Below are positions 1 through 10,768 of a stretch of 32,000 nucleotides of DNA, piece by piece. Each line of letters starts with the position of its first letter. Within the stretch, counting starts at the first letter, position 1. The notes beneath the pieces are model-generated. The model made no database searches. It worked only from the letters and a program-made list of their open reading frames with translations, and had not been told where the DNA came from. The DNA is from Idiomarina loihiensis L2TR (lineage in GTDB: Bacteria; Pseudomonadota; Gammaproteobacteria; Enterobacterales; Alteromonadaceae). The stretch is from positions 1,650,001-1,682,000 of the forward strand of contig NC_006512.1 of assembly GCF_000008465.1 (NCBI RefSeq), read 5' to 3'. The position numbers were made by a program, and so were the translations under genes.

Positions 1-218
1 TTCTTCTTCGACCAGTCGACCATGGCTTGCAAATCGTCTTTCGTGACGGTTTCGCCATCTTCATTACGCAATAGGTTTTCGAGTAAAACCTTCATTGAAG
101 CAGGAAGTTTAGAAATGTCTCCTAAGGCTTCCTCTGCTTTAGGCAGGCTATAATAATGAAAGGTTTTTCCTTTAACATCTAACGAACTTAAGGTTTTCAG
201 ACTGTCTTTGCCTGACAT
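1..218 (-). CDS. acnA: Aconitate hydratase A, N-terminal fragment (gene continues past the window start)
   Basis: Not in the ORF track because it runs off the edge. The reverse complement from the ATG at 218 reads MSGKDSLKTLSSLDVKGKTFHYYSLPKAEEALGDISKLPASMKVLLENLLRNEDGETVTKDDLQAMVDWSKK. This matches the conserved AcnA N-terminus (YHYYSLP...LP.S.KVLLENLLR). A GGGAGAG RBS lies just upstream. Confidence 0.85.
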   Translation of the reverse strand, partial: MSGKDSLKTLSSLDVKGKTFHYYSLPKAEEALGDISKLPASMKVLLENLLRNEDGETVTKDDLQAMVDWSKK

Positions 219-476
219 AGATTCTCTCCCATTCGCTTCCAAAGCGTCGTTGTGAACTAAACGGTCTCTTAAATATAGACAAACAGAACCGTTTCAGCCA
301 TCAAATGTGTGCTTTGATGAAAACATAAATCAAAAGTTTGTGCCAATTAACTGCTGGTTAAGTACTCAGTTAAGCAACTATTTTTATTATAAATTGTGTT
401 TATATTACATAGTCGGTAAAAAGTGTTTAAGATCAATTAGACATCAGTCTTAGTGAATAAAATAAGGATATAATGG

Positions 477-1337
477 ATGAGTCAGGTACTCGATGATTTA
501 CTCGACCTGCTAACCCTGGAGAGCATTGAGGACGGTCTTTACCGTGGACAAAGTCAGGATCTAGGCTTTGGCGCAGTTTTTGGTGGTCAGGTTATTGGAC
601 AGGCGCTGTCGGCGGCTAAAGAAACTTTACCTCAGGAGCGAGTGTGCCATTCGTTTCACAGTTACTTTTTACGCCCGGGTGACGCCAAAAAACCTATTGT
701 TTATGACGTTGAAACCATACGCGACGGTAAAAGTTTTTCAGCACGCAGAGTCAAAGCCATACAGTATGGTAAACCCATTTTCTACATGACTGCGTCTTTC
801 CAGCAACAGGAAGAAGGCTTTGAGCATCAGGACACCATGCCTGAAGTGCCCGGTCCAGAAGGCTTAGTTTCAGACTTGGATATTTATCGTGAACACGAAG
901 AGCTGATACCGGCACCACTGCGCAAGAAATTCATTTGCGACAAGCCCATAGAAATGCGCTTTGTTACCCCATATAACCCATTTAAACCTGAAAAAGACGA
1001 GCCTCGCCGTTATGTCTGGTTCAGAGCTAACGGCAACATGCCGGACGATCAGCGTGTGCACAAATACTTGCTGGCTTATGCGTCAGACTTTAACTTTTTA
1101 CCGACAGCACTGCAGCCTCATGGCGTGAGCTTTGCTCAACCCCATATGCAGGTTGCAACCGTTGATCATGCCATGTGGTTCCATCGCGACTTCCGTATGG
1201 ATGACTGGCTGCTCTACGCAATAGATAGCCCTTCTGCCAGTGGTCAGCGCGGTTTAGTGCGCGGGCAAATATTCACGCGTGATGGTGTGCTAGTAGCATC
1301 GACAATTCAGGAAGGTGTTATACGGGACCGCGGTTAA
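477..1337 (+). CDS. tesB: Acyl-CoA thioesterase II
   Basis: 286 aa. The N-terminus (LLDLLTLE...[24 protein letters not shown]) and the double hot-dog length and layout are typical of TesB. Confidence 0.9.
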   Translation: MSQVLDDLLDLLTLESIEDGLYRGQSQDLGFGAVFGGQVIGQALSAAKETLPQERVCHSFHSYFLRPGDAKKPIVYDVETIRDGKSFSARRVKAIQYGKPIFYMTASFQQQEEGFEHQDTMPEVPGPEGLVSDLDIYREHEELIPAPLRKKFICDKPIEMRFVTPYNPFKPEKDEPRRYVWFRANGNMPDDQRVHKYLLAYASDFNFLPTALQPHGVSFAQPHMQVATVDHAMWFHRDFRMDDWLLYAIDSPSASGQRGLVRGQIFTRDGVLVASTIQEGVIRDRG

Positions 1338-1375
1338 ACGCGATCCCGATATTAGGGCGTATTGACGTTTACTGA

Positions 1376-2584
1376 TTAGGTCAGAGAAACAAAGAAACCG
1401 GCAATTGCAGCACTCATCATGTTTGCCAAAGTCGCTGCTAATAAAGCCCGCATACCTAAACGAGCAATGTCATGGCGTCGGCTGGGCGCCATACCGCCTA
1501 ACCCGCCCAGCAAAATAGCAATAGACGAAAAGTTCGCAAACCCGCAAAGCACAAAGGTAATGATAACCTGCGAGTTTTCACTTAACTGATCTTTGTAATT
1601 GACAAAATCGAGGTAGGCGACAAATTCATTAATAACCAGCTTCTGACCAATAAAGCTTCCCGCCAGGTTAGCTTCATCCCAACTGACCCCTAATACATAG
1701 GCAACAGGCTGAAATACATAACCAAAAATTTGCTGTAAGGTCAGTTCAGAATACCCAAACCAACCGCCAACCCAGCCAAAAATGCCGTTAACCAGTGCAA
1801 TAAGCGCAACGAAGGCTAACAACATAGCACCAACATTCATTGCTAACTGCAGGCCACTGGATGCCCCTTGAGCTGCTGCGTCAATGACATTTGCGGAATT
1901 ATCTTCCACTTCAATTTCGTTGAGATCGTTACGCGGCTTCTCTGATTCGGGAATCATCATTTTAGCCATTAAGAATCCGCCAGGCGCAGCCATAAAGCTC
2001 GCCGCAATAAGATACTTGAGCTCGATTCCAACTTCAGCTAAACCAGCAAGCACAGAGCCAGATACTGAGGCCATCCCGCCCACCATAACCGCAAACAGTT
2101 CAGAACGAGTCATAGTACCGATAAACGGCCTGACCATCATGGGTGCTTCGGTTTGTCCGACAAAAATATTGGCGGCCGCCGACATGGATTCCGGGCGACT
2201 GGTACCCAGCAGCTTTTGCAGCCCTCCGCCTAAAATGCGAATAATCCATTTCATAATGCCTAAGTAGTACAAAACGGAAATAAGAGAGGAGAAGAAAACA
2301 ATGACCGACAAAACTTGAATGGCAAAAACAAGACCAAACTCTTCTGATGCCAATCCACCAAATAAAAAGTTGATGCCTGCCTGAGTGTACCCAATGACCT
2401 CGGAAATCCCGGCCGCAAAACTCAGTAGTAACTCTTTTCCTACAGTGGTGTAGAGTACAATACACGCTAACCCTACTTGAATGCCGAAGGCTCCGAGAAC
2501 CGTTCGCCAACGAATGGCTTTGCGATCCGTTGAAACTAAATAGGCAACGATAAAGATGACGGCAATGCCGAGAATACTATTCAT
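1376..2584 (-). CDS. NupC/NupG-family concentrative nucleoside transporter
   Basis: 402 aa polytopic membrane protein with a CNT-family sequence pattern ([16 protein letters not shown]...Q, FANFSSI near the C-terminus). It starts 13 nt downstream of udk on the same strand, which suggests an operon. Confidence 0.85.
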   Translation of the reverse strand: MNSILGIAVIFIVAYLVSTDRKAIRWRTVLGAFGIQVGLACIVLYTTVGKELLLSFAAGISEVIGYTQAGINFLFGGLASEEFGLVFAIQVLSVIVFFSSLISVLYYLGIMKWIIRILGGGLQKLLGTSRPESMSAAANIFVGQTEAPMMVRPFIGTMTRSELFAVMVGGMASVSGSVLAGLAEVGIELKYLIAASFMAAPGGFLMAKMMIPESEKPRNDLNEIEVEDNSANVIDAAAQGASSGLQLAMNVGAMLLAFVALIALVNGIFGWVGGWFGYSELTLQQIFGYVFQPVAYVLGVSWDEANLAGSFIGQKLVINEFVAYLDFVNYKDQLSENSQVIITFVLCGFANFSSIAILLGGLGGMAPSRRHDIARLGMRALLAATLANMMSAAIAGFFVSLT

Positions 2585-2597
2585 AGAAGAACCAATT

Positions 2598-3230
2598 TTA
2601 TTCCGCCAGCAACTGACGTATTTTTGTTTTTATAATATCAATGGCGATTTCGTTTTGACCACCGCGAGTGACAACGAGATCAGCAAACTGCTTAGACGGG
2701 AATATAAAGTCAAAGAATGCGGGACGAACATACTGCTCATATTGTTCAGTAACCGACTGCAACGTACGTCCACGCTCTTCAATATCGCGCTTGATACGGC
2801 GCAGCAGACAAATATCCAATGGCGTGTCCATAAATACCGAGATATCAAACTGTTCACGTAACTTTTCATCGGTTAACAGCAAAATACCCTCAACCATTAC
2901 GACTTTTGCCGGAGCAACCCGTATAGATTTTTCCAGGCGGGTATGCGTAGTATGGCTGTACTGCGGCATATCGACCGCTTCACCGGCTTTTAACTGCCGC
3001 AAATGTTGCATCAGCAAATCGTGTTCGAAAGCAGCAGGCTGATCATAGTTAGTTAACACCCGCTGCTCCATGGTCATATGACTCTGGTCACGGTAGTAAG
3101 CGTCTTCGGCCAGAATAGCAATGCCGTCAGTTCCTAATTCAGCCACTAACTCCTGATACACCGTGGAGGCAAACAGGCTTTTTCCTGACGCTGAGGCGCC
3201 AGCTATCGCTATAACTGTTATTTTACTCAC
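2598..3230 (-). CDS. udk: Uridine kinase
   Basis: 210 aa with a P-loop ([10 protein letters not shown]) and near-collinear similarity to E. coli Udk ([27 protein letters not shown]). The start codon is GTG. Confidence 0.92.
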   Translation of the reverse strand: MSKITVIAIAGASASGKSLFASTVYQELVAELGTDGIAILAEDAYYRDQSHMTMEQRVLTNYDQPAAFEHDLLMQHLRQLKAGEAVDMPQYSHTTHTRLEKSIRVAPAKVVMVEGILLLTDEKLREQFDISVFMDTPLDICLLRRIKRDIEERGRTLQSVTEQYEQYVRPAFFDFIFPSKQFADLVVTRGGQNEIAIDIIKTKIRQLLAE

Positions 3231-3445
3231 AAGCTTCCGTTTCTATTTGCTGCAAACCGCGCGCAATTATCCTTGATTGTCTGCGTAATTAAAAGACTTG
3301 ACTGACACCTTTATTGTCATAACTTTGACCGATAATCCCTCATATGTTTAATTTCGTTACAATTTAGCCTGAACATAAGCATGAATATCAGTGCCCCCTC
3401 TCGTATAGTAAGTTCGCTAAATAAAAAAATAATCCAGGAACCACT

Positions 3446-6220
3446 ATGAAAATGATGAAAACTTTAACCGCCGTTGCTGTAGCAACTGTGTTACTAGGCG
3501 GTTGTCAGACAACTCAGTCAGCTAATAACGGCCAGGCTGTCAGCCAGTCACAATTCCCCGAAGTAAAGGTCAACTACGAGACATTTACATTGGATAACGG
3601 TTTAACGGTTGTTGTTCATGAAGATCGCAAAGCGCCTATCGTTGCGGTTAATGTTTGGTACGCCGTTGGCTCTAAAGACGAAAAAATGGGCCAAACGGGT
3701 TTTGCCCACTTATTTGAGCACTTAATGTTTAACGGTACCGAAAACTACGATGACGAATACTTCGGTCCTTTTGAACGCGCTGGTGCAACAGAAATGAACG
3801 GCACCACCAACAATGACCGTACCAACTATTTTGAAAATGTTCCTACACCGGCATTGGATATGGCCTTGTGGATGGAGTCTGATCGTATGGGTCACCTGTT
3901 AGGAGCCATAACTCAAGACAAACTCGACGAGCAGCGCGGCGTTGTGCAAAACGAAAAGCGCCAGGGTGAAGCTCAGCCGTATGGTAAGGCCTGGAGTTAT
4001 ATCGCCGAACAGACCTTCCCCGAAGGACATCCGTACTCATGGTCGGTTATTGGCTCTATGGAAGACTTGAACGCGGCGTCTCTTGACGACGTTCACCAGT
4101 GGTTTGAAGATTACTATGGTGCAGCTAACGCAGTTTTGGTTTTAGCCGGTGATATTGATGTTGAAACCGCGAAAGAAAAAGTGACCAAATACTTTGCTGA
4201 TATTGGCCCTGGTAAACCACTGCAAAAACAGGAAGCCTGGGTTGCTAAACGCGATGAGCAAAAACGCTCGACTATGGAAGATCGTGTTCCGGCCCCACGG
4301 ATTTATAAGGTATGGAATACCGCACAAATGGGGACTGCCGACTCCGAATACCTTAACCTATTGGCGGACATTCTGGCTAACGGTAAAAACTCACGACTTT
4401 ATGAACGCTTAGTTTATAACGAACAAATTGCCAGCTCTGTTGGTGCCTTCCAATATGGTCGCAAACTCTCTGGTCAATTCTTTATTACGGCTGATGCCAA
4501 ACCAGGTGTTGAGCTTGAGCAAATTGAAAAAATTATTGATGAAGAGCTTGAGCGTTTAATTACGGAAGGTCCAACGGCGGCAGAATTGCAACGCACCAAA
4601 TTCAGCACCACAGCCAATTTCGTTCGTCGCGCTGAAAAAGTTGGTGGCTTTGGTGGTAAATCTGACATTCTGGCTTCAGGAGCGGTTTACCATGATAACC
4701 CCGGCTTCTACCAACAAGAGATGGAATGGACAAAACAAGCTTCCGTCAATGACCTACAAAATGCGGCAGAACAATGGTTAAGCTCTGGTGACTTTGTGCT
4801 TAATGTTGTACCACAACCTGAATATATTACCCAGGAAACTAATGCCGATCGCTCACAATTACCTGACGTTGGCGACTTGCCACAGCTAGAATTGCCTGAA
4901 GTTAAAACTTTCACCTTATCTAATGGTTTAGAAGTTTATCTGGCTCAACGTAGCGATACGCCAACCATTGAAATGAGTCTGGTCTTTGACAGTGGTTATG
5001 CTTCGGATGTTGGCGGCAAACTCGGAACAGCAAGTTACACCATGTCGATGCTAAAAGAAGGCACTGAAAACCTAAGCGCACTGGAATTAAATGAGCGTTT
5101 AGAGTCTTTAGGAACCAACTTAAATGCGTCAGCCAGCCTCGATAGTTCACGCATTAGCATGGATACACTTAGTGTAAACTTTGCCGAGAGCTTAGCACTG
5201 ATGAATGATGTGCTGCAGAATCCGGCTTTTTCTGACGAAGAAATTGAACGCAAGCGTTCAAACTGGATAGAAGGCATTCGCAAGGAAGAAGCTCGCCCTC
5301 AAACTCAAGCTTTACGCGTGTTGCCCGGCTTAATGTTTGGAGAAGGACACGCTTACAGCCAGCCATTAACCGGCTCAGGTACGCCTGAATCCATTAAGTC
5401 ATTAACTCGTGAAGACTTAGTCCAGCACGCTCAAACCTGGTTACGCCCGGACAACGCAAAACTGGTGATTGTGGGTGATACCAACGTTGAACAAGCTCAG
5501 TCTTTATTAGAAGAGCAGTTTGCCAGCTGGCAGGCTCCGGCTTCTGATAAACCAGAAAAGACTCTTGATACTTCGATGGCATCTGAAACCAGTCGCGTAT
5601 TCCTGATTGATAAACCAGGAAACCCTCAGTCAGTGATAATAGCGGGTCAGTTGGCTCCTTCTGGCCAAGTCGACAATGCTGATACTATTGACGTAATGAA
5701 CACCATTCTTGGCGGCAGTTTCACCAGTCGTCTGAACATGAACTTACGTGAAGACAAAGGCTGGTCTTATGGTGCTCGCTCTATTTGGTTAGATAACGAA
5801 GGCCCAGGGTTACTAATTGCACTGGCTCCGGTTCAAACCGATAAAACTAAAGAGTCGATTCAGGAAATTATGAAAGAATTTACTCAATACGAAGGTGACA
5901 AACCAGCAACCGCAGACGAGCTGGCAAAAGTTAAAGCCAACAAAACAGCTAAATTACCTGGCGCCTACGAAACCAAAGGCAGCTTGCTTAGCGGTTTAGT
6001 CAGCACATTTAATAAAGGCAAAAACGTTGAGTATCTCGAAAACTATGGTCAACGCATAAACGCCATTACGCTTAACGACATTCAGGATAATGCGGACAAG
6101 GTTTTAAAACCTGACGCTATGACCTGGGTTATCGTCGGTGACCTGGCTGAAATAGAAGAAAAAGTACGTTCACTGAATTTAGGTGAAGTGACCATTCTAA
6201 AAGAAAGCGACGTTAAGTAA
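3446..6220 (+). CDS. M16 (pitrilysin/insulinase) family zinc peptidase, predicted lipoprotein, two M16 modules
   Basis: 924 aa. It has a signal peptide with a lipobox (LLGGC) and the inverted zinc motif HxxEH (HLFEHLMFNG) in the first half. The second half resembles the non-catalytic M16 module. Confidence 0.85.
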   Translation: MKMMKTLTAVAVATVLLGGCQTTQSANNGQAVSQSQFPEVKVNYETFTLDNGLTVVVHEDRKAPIVAVNVWYAVGSKDEKMGQTGFAHLFEHLMFNGTENYDDEYFGPFERAGATEMNGTTNNDRTNYFENVPTPALDMALWMESDRMGHLLGAITQDKLDEQRGVVQNEKRQGEAQPYGKAWSYIAEQTFPEGHPYSWSVIGSMEDLNAASLDDVHQWFEDYYGAANAVLVLAGDIDVETAKEKVTKYFADIGPGKPLQKQEAWVAKRDEQKRSTMEDRVPAPRIYKVWNTAQMGTADSEYLNLLADILANGKNSRLYERLVYNEQIASSVGAFQYGRKLSGQFFITADAKPGVELEQIEKIIDEELERLITEGPTAAELQRTKFSTTANFVRRAEKVGGFGGKSDILASGAVYHDNPGFYQQEMEWTKQASVNDLQNAAEQWLSSGDFVLNVVPQPEYITQETNADRSQLPDVGDLPQLELPEVKTFTLSNGLEVYLAQRSDTPTIEMSLVFDSGYASDVGGKLGTASYTMSMLKEGTENLSALELNERLESLGTNLNASASLDSSRISMDTLSVNFAESLALMNDVLQNPAFSDEEIERKRSNWIEGIRKEEARPQTQALRVLPGLMFGEGHAYSQPLTGSGTPESIKSLTREDLVQHAQTWLRPDNAKLVIVGDTNVEQAQSLLEEQFASWQAPASDKPEKTLDTSMASETSRVFLIDKPGNPQSVIIAGQLAPSGQVDNADTIDVMNTILGGSFTSRLNMNLREDKGWSYGARSIWLDNEGPGLLIALAPVQTDKTKESIQEIMKEFTQYEGDKPATADELAKVKANKTAKLPGAYETKGSLLSGLVSTFNKGKNVEYLENYGQRINAITLNDIQDNADKVLKPDAMTWVIVGDLAEIEEKVRSLNLGEVTILKESDVK

Positions 6221-6228
6221 TATCGTCT

Positions 6229-6251
6229 CCCCCAGTCTTTCTGACTGGGGG
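6229..6251. terminator. Bidirectional hairpin terminator between convergent genes
   Basis: cccccagtc-tttct-gactggggg forms a perfect 9-bp GC-rich stem with a 5-nt loop. It lies between the M16 peptidase stop and the 2OG oxygenase stop. Confidence 0.7.
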
Positions 6252-6264
6252 AATTTCTCTCTCA

Positions 6265-6960
6265 TTACTCACCAAATAATTGCTCTGCGCGACTATGAAG
6301 GATCCAGCTGGTTAAAATATACTTATCATTTGATACAGGTATTCTGCCTCTATGCGTGTGAGTAAAGTAAGCTGGCGCTATAACCATTTGACCCGCTTTG
6401 GGTTTTAGCGACCGTTCCTGATAATAAAAGTCCGTTTCACCACCTTCGTCTACATCGTTTAAGTAATACATAAACAACAGAGCCCGATGCAGTGGTTCAG
6501 TCGAACCTTTCTGAGGAAAAGCTTCACAGTGCCAGTAATTATAATTTCCTTCACCTTTGCGATAACGCTGCATTTGTATTGCACCGACACGAAACAGCTT
6601 TTGCATAATTGCCATTTCTTTGCCTTTCGCTATCTCATCAAAATTATCATGTGTTAAAGCGGCTGGCTGCTGAGTTTTAGGGTGCTGCAACGTTAGCGCG
6701 ACTGGCGCTATCAAGGCAAAATGATATTTTTTAAAATACTCCAACGCATATCGGGCTGTGATTTTCTGTATTTCCAGCAGCAGCTTCTGGTACTCCGGGT
6801 GAGCGTTCAATGCTAAGTCCGTACTCGACTTTTTACTCACATCAACACCACCTCCGGTACGCCCCTGAAAGGTATGCCGTGACTTTTCGAAAACTGTGAT
6901 GAGCTGCTGGCACAATTCGGAGGATAAAGCATTATCATAGGTTTCGATAAAATCATTCAT
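6265..6960 (-). CDS. 2-oxoglutarate/Fe(II)-dependent oxygenase family protein
   Basis: 231 aa. It has an HxE motif (WHCE), a distal His and Arg (THTHRGRIPVS) and the tail KYILTSW that is typical of small prolyl-hydroxylase-like 2OG oxygenases. Confidence 0.65.
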   Translation of the reverse strand: MNDFIETYDNALSSELCQQLITVFEKSRHTFQGRTGGGVDVSKKSSTDLALNAHPEYQKLLLEIQKITARYALEYFKKYHFALIAPVALTLQHPKTQQPAALTHDNFDEIAKGKEMAIMQKLFRVGAIQMQRYRKGEGNYNYWHCEAFPQKGSTEPLHRALLFMYYLNDVDEGGETDFYYQERSLKPKAGQMVIAPAYFTHTHRGRIPVSNDKYILTSWILHSRAEQLFGE

Positions 6961-7014
6961 AAAGGTGACTCTTTCTAATTGCTATACGTTTAGCCGAGCT
7001 AGCATTTAAAAAAA

Positions 7015-8631
7015 TTAATTCAATAAGCGATTAACTTCCGGCGATGGCTTACCAATGTAATAGCCCTGTAAGTACTCAATTTGCTGGTCACACAAGTAGC
7101 TATTTACTTCTTTATTTTCAACAAATTCAGCCACGATAGGAATATGTAATTCCTTACAGATACTGATCAGGCCATTCAGAATACTGGCACTTGTCGGGTC
7201 ATGTAATACGTTTTGAACTATGCTGCCATCAATCTTCAAATAATCCGGACGAAGACTTATCAGGCGCGAGAAGTTTGAATAACCGACACCAAAATCATCT
7301 ATCGCAATTTGTCCACCTAAACGTCTGACATCTCTGGCAAAAGCCTGAACCTTGGTAAAATCTTCTGTGGATTCGGTTTCCGTAATTTCGAAAATAAGCT
7401 GCGCTTTTTTATGCTCTGACAGCACATAATGAATGAAACTGACCGTCTCTTCATTCAAAATATCTTCGATGGAGACATTCACGGATATTGCGACCTGGTA
7501 TTGCTCGGACGTGAGCACCGCCTGTTCAATAACAGAGCGGGTAATTTCACAATAATAACGTGTTGTTTTTGCCTCATCTAAAAACAGCCCTGGCACTAAA
7601 TCCTTATTGTTATCTCTTAACCGGACCAGCGCCTCGTAATAGCTGGGCTGATTTTTGTTCGTACTTTGAATGGGCTGGTAGTAATTGACAAAACGATGAT
7701 CAACCAGCGCTGACTGAATTTTAGGAAGCCAGTTCACTTTATTCTCGTCAAGCAACTCACGTTCATAAACCACTTCCACCTTGTAGCCGGAGTAAATGGC
7801 TTTCGCTTTCGACAAGGCGCTTTCCGCAAGCTGTAACTGCTTTTTACGCCCAACACCCATGCCTATGGCAACATCCAGAGTGACATCACTATTTTCTACT
7901 TTGAGTTTGTGTAACGACAACGCATTGTAAAAGCTAAGCAATTGTCTCTCGAATAAACTGGGGATCATTCTGAAATCTGGAATTAACGCAAATTTATCAC
8001 CATGCAAACGGTAAATATTGATGTGTTTAGTTCGCAAAAATGCCGAAGCCCAGTCACTAAATTCACGCAGTAACGCATCACCAAATTCTAAACCGTAGAA
8101 GTCGGCGTAACTTCGAAACTTACGAATATCCAGTACGGCAAGGCATTGAGCCCCTACCTGTTTAAGGTCGTTGAGCAAGTCTATTCGGGTAGGAAGAGCG
8201 GTAACCTGATCAAAGCGGGCTTCCTGTAGTAATTCATCCAGGTGAATCTCTCGTGAGATATCCTGAAACAACAATATTTGCTCAGCTAAAAAGCCATCAG
8301 TTTCGTATAAGGGAATTGCAATACAGCGACACCAGCGCCTGCGGTTGGTACTTGTCAGGCAAAGTCGTCCATTCCAGACTTCACCATTAGCGGCAGCTTG
8401 ATTTATCTCGCCAGTCACATCGTTGCGACTATCAATGTGGAGAAACTCAGAAAATGCGGTTGTGCGCTTTAAGTAGTGAACTCCTAACAATTTATGCAGA
8501 GACTCACTCATCCAGCGAATATTACCGTCCGGCGACAAGCGCGCACATATTGCAGCAGACTCTAACGTATTTATATACTGCTTTAATAAAAATGGATTAC
8601 GCATCAATGCCTGCCCAGTCAAGGTCAACAA
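7015..8631 (-). CDS. PAS / degenerate GGDEF / EAL c-di-GMP phosphodiesterase
   Basis: The EAL signature residues are present (YYEALVRL, NVS, EITE, DDFGVGYS, KIDG, AEFVE, QGYYIGKP). The GGDEF site is degenerate (RLHGDKF). The N-terminus is PAS-like. The track start at 8631 is TTG, and the ATG at 8604 (MRNPFLLK) is an alternative start. Confidence 0.85.
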   Translation of the reverse strand: MLTLTGQALMRNPFLLKQYINTLESAAICARLSPDGNIRWMSESLHKLLGVHYLKRTTAFSEFLHIDSRNDVTGEINQAAANGEVWNGRLCLTSTNRRRWCRCIAIPLYETDGFLAEQILLFQDISREIHLDELLQEARFDQVTALPTRIDLLNDLKQVGAQCLAVLDIRKFRSYADFYGLEFGDALLREFSDWASAFLRTKHINIYRLHGDKFALIPDFRMIPSLFERQLLSFYNALSLHKLKVENSDVTLDVAIGMGVGRKKQLQLAESALSKAKAIYSGYKVEVVYERELLDENKVNWLPKIQSALVDHRFVNYYQPIQSTNKNQPSYYEALVRLRDNNKDLVPGLFLDEAKTTRYYCEITRSVIEQAVLTSEQYQVAISVNVSIEDILNEETVSFIHYVLSEHKKAQLIFEITETESTEDFTKVQAFARDVRRLGGQIAIDDFGVGYSNFSRLISLRPDYLKIDGSIVQNVLHDPTSASILNGLISICKELHIPIVAEFVENKEVNSYLCDQQIEYLQGYYIGKPSPEVNRLLN

Positions 8632-8703
8632 ATTAGATGTTACTTTTTTGTAATGTACCGAATCCGCCTCAATAATGACAGCCTGTTACCACAGATAGTT
8701 TGA

Positions 8704-9222
8704 TCAAAATCGATAGGTTACGCCTATATTTAGCGCATCAATTGTGTATTCGTCTTTATCAATCAATTTTATCCAGTCGATAAAGTAAGTTGTTCTGGGG
8801 TTATGATCATACTGAACTCCGCCGCCGTAACTGATACTGTTAAGTGTTGTGTTTTGACCACCTACCGTAAATTTTCCCCGCGAAAAACCACCGGTAAGAT
8901 ACAAAGCGACGTCGGGTGACAAATACAAACGAGGCTTAGCTAAAATGCTGGCCGTGTAATCGGTTTCAAACTTGGTGCCTTTATCACTGCTGCTGTGTAC
9001 GCCAAAACCGTAGCGTGCTTCTGCCGAAAGGCTGTTGCTGTAACGATAACCCAGCATCAGGTTCATCGTATGAGGGGTAAATGACGGGGCGCCCTCAAGC
9101 TCGGTATCAACATTCAACTGAGCTAGAGATGCTGCGCCGTAGTAGCCACTGTCCTGCGCCTGGGCAAACACACTGACAAATAAAAGCGTACTACCACAGA
9201 AAACAGCTTTCAAAAACTTCAT
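8704..9222 (-). CDS. Small outer-membrane beta-barrel protein (OmpA-beta-barrel/OmpX-like)
   Basis: 172 aa. It has a signal peptide (cleavage near AQA-QD), alternating beta-strand pattern and a C-terminal YRF aromatic terminus. A good AAGGAAG RBS is present. Confidence 0.7.
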   Translation of the reverse strand: MKFLKAVFCGSTLLFVSVFAQAQDSGYYGAASLAQLNVDTELEGAPSFTPHTMNLMLGYRYSNSLSAEARYGFGVHSSSDKGTKFETDYTASILAKPRLYLSPDVALYLTGGFSRGKFTVGGQNTTLNSISYGGGVQYDHNPRTTYFIDWIKLIDKDEYTIDALNIGVTYRF

Positions 9223-9276
9223 ACGACTTCCTTATTAATCTGGTACACCTAAGTAAGAGTAGTTTACCAGACTCTG

Positions 9277-10635
9277 TTAGAGGTGATATACCCCTTGGTA
9301 ATCAGCAACATCGACATTATAAGTGGTGTTCTGCATTAAATAGTCACGGAAAGTTTCCAATGCATCTAACTCACCATGTACCAATTGAATTGGTGTGTTT
9401 GGTTTTAAACTGGACTGCTCTAACCAATCAGCAATTTCTTGGTAGTCAGCATGCCCTGACAGCCCTTCTAAAGAACGGATTCGAGCTTTTACCGGTAACC
9501 ATTGGCCATGCAGTTTTATCGACTCCACTCCCTGCAGCATTTTGGCACCACGAGTCCCCCCTGCCTGATGCCCACTGAATAACACCGTCGCGCGATGATC
9601 ACTCAACCAGCGTTTAAAGTGATGCAGAATTCGCCCGCCTGTCGCCATACCGCTGCCCGCAATAATAATATGAGGCCCCGACTGAGAAGCAATAGCTTTT
9701 GATTCATCGACAGAACGCGTGTACTCGACTCTTGCAAAGGTTCGGGAGCAGTCTGAGTCCGTCAGTTTGTGAAGGCTATGAAAGCGCTGGTAAAGCCCTG
9801 AAACGTTAATAGCCATGGGAGAATCCAAATAAATAGGTTGCTTAGGTACCCGCCCCTCATCCATCAATTTTACTAACAGATATTGCAGCAATTGTGCTCT
9901 GCCGACTGAAAAGCTCGGAATTAATAACACACCGCCGGATTGAGCCGTCTCATTAACGACTTCTTCCAACTGCTCTTCCGCATTTTCGGTTTTAGCATGA
10001 AGTCGATTGCCGTATGTTGACTCAAGCAGTAGCAAGTCCAAATCCGGTAGCGGTTCAGGTGGATACATCATAATATCCTGCGGACGCCCGATATCACCGG
10101 AAAAGCCAACACGCTTACCTTCGGCTTCAATAATGATGCTTGAAGCCCCCAGAATATGACCGGCTGGCTGCAAAGTCACTTTAATATCGCCAATTTCAAA
10201 TTGCTGATGAAACTCAACGCCCTGAAGCAGCCGTATAGCTGACTTTGCCGTTGCCTCATCGTACAAAGGTTCTGGTTTTTCATGACGGCTTAGCTTATGT
10301 TTGCCGAGGTATTTCGCGTCTTCTTCCTGAATTCTTCCGCTATCTGCCCACAGAATATCGCACAAACCAGATGTTGCATGATGTGCGAAAACAGGCCCTC
10401 GGAAACCTTCTTTATATAGCACAGGAACAAACCCCGAATGATCAAGATGAGCATGGGTTAATACGACACCGTCCACCTGATTAATCCCCATTGGCAAAGG
10501 CTGCCAATTACGTCGCCGTAACCACTTGTAGCCCTGAAAAAGGCCACAGTCTATTAGAATTCGGGTTGACTCTGTTTCAACTAAATATTTGGAACCGGTA
10601 ACCGTTTCCGCACCACCTAAAAATACGACTCTCAT
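9277..10635 (-). CDS. MBL-fold beta-CASP family hydrolase (RNA-metabolising metallo-beta-lactamase type)
   Basis: 452 aa. It carries the HxHxDH motif (HAHLDHSG). Its length and C-terminal motifs (GHADY..., VHGE) are typical of beta-CASP nucleases. Confidence 0.8.
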   Translation of the reverse strand: MRVVFLGGAETVTGSKYLVETESTRILIDCGLFQGYKWLRRRNWQPLPMGINQVDGVVLTHAHLDHSGFVPVLYKEGFRGPVFAHHATSGLCDILWADSGRIQEEDAKYLGKHKLSRHEKPEPLYDEATAKSAIRLLQGVEFHQQFEIGDIKVTLQPAGHILGASSIIIEAEGKRVGFSGDIGRPQDIMMYPPEPLPDLDLLLLESTYGNRLHAKTENAEEQLEEVVNETAQSGGVLLIPSFSVGRAQLLQYLLVKLMDEGRVPKQPIYLDSPMAINVSGLYQRFHSLHKLTDSDCSRTFARVEYTRSVDESKAIASQSGPHIIIAGSGMATGGRILHHFKRWLSDHRATVLFSGHQAGGTRGAKMLQGVESIKLHGQWLPVKARIRSLEGLSGHADYQEIADWLEQSSLKPNTPIQLVHGELDALETFRDYLMQNTTYNVDVADYQGVYHL

Positions 10636-10768
10636 TGTGTGTCCTTATTTAAACCGACGATAAAGTATCTCACTTCACTGTCGTAGAAAAATAGACGAAA
10701 GACAACTATTCGTGCATTGACGATCATTAATAATCTTGCTTCACTCAATTAAGATAAGGAGTAAGAAC

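Noticed and set aside
314-333. TTGAT-N10-ATCAA palindrome in the acnA/tesB divergent region, considered as a Fur or other operator
   Set aside because: By hand alignment only about 9 of 19 positions match the Fur consensus. Short AT-rich palindromes are common in such regions, so the evidence is insufficient.
1884-2510. ORFs of 127 aa (+) and 136 aa (-, alternative frame) inside nupC
   Set aside because: Both are embedded entirely within a well-supported transporter gene. They have low-complexity, Arg/Ser/Cys-rich translations and no RBS, which is typical of shadow ORFs.
9239-9271. 7-bp inverted repeat (tctggta...taccaga) between the beta-CASP gene and the OM barrel gene, considered as a terminator or attenuator
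   Set aside because: The stem is short, the loop is 19 nt and there is no T-run. It is too weak to call.
9277-10635. MBL-fold protein as a metallo-beta-lactamase resistance gene; likewise the serine hydrolase at 20679-22061 as AmpC
   Set aside because: The MBL protein has the beta-CASP nuclease length and C-terminal motifs and no signal peptide. The serine hydrolase has SxxK/YxN motifs and is secreted, but at 460 aa with a long N-terminal extension it fits the broad esterase / D-aminopeptidase-like class C family. Resistance cannot be inferred from the sequence alone.
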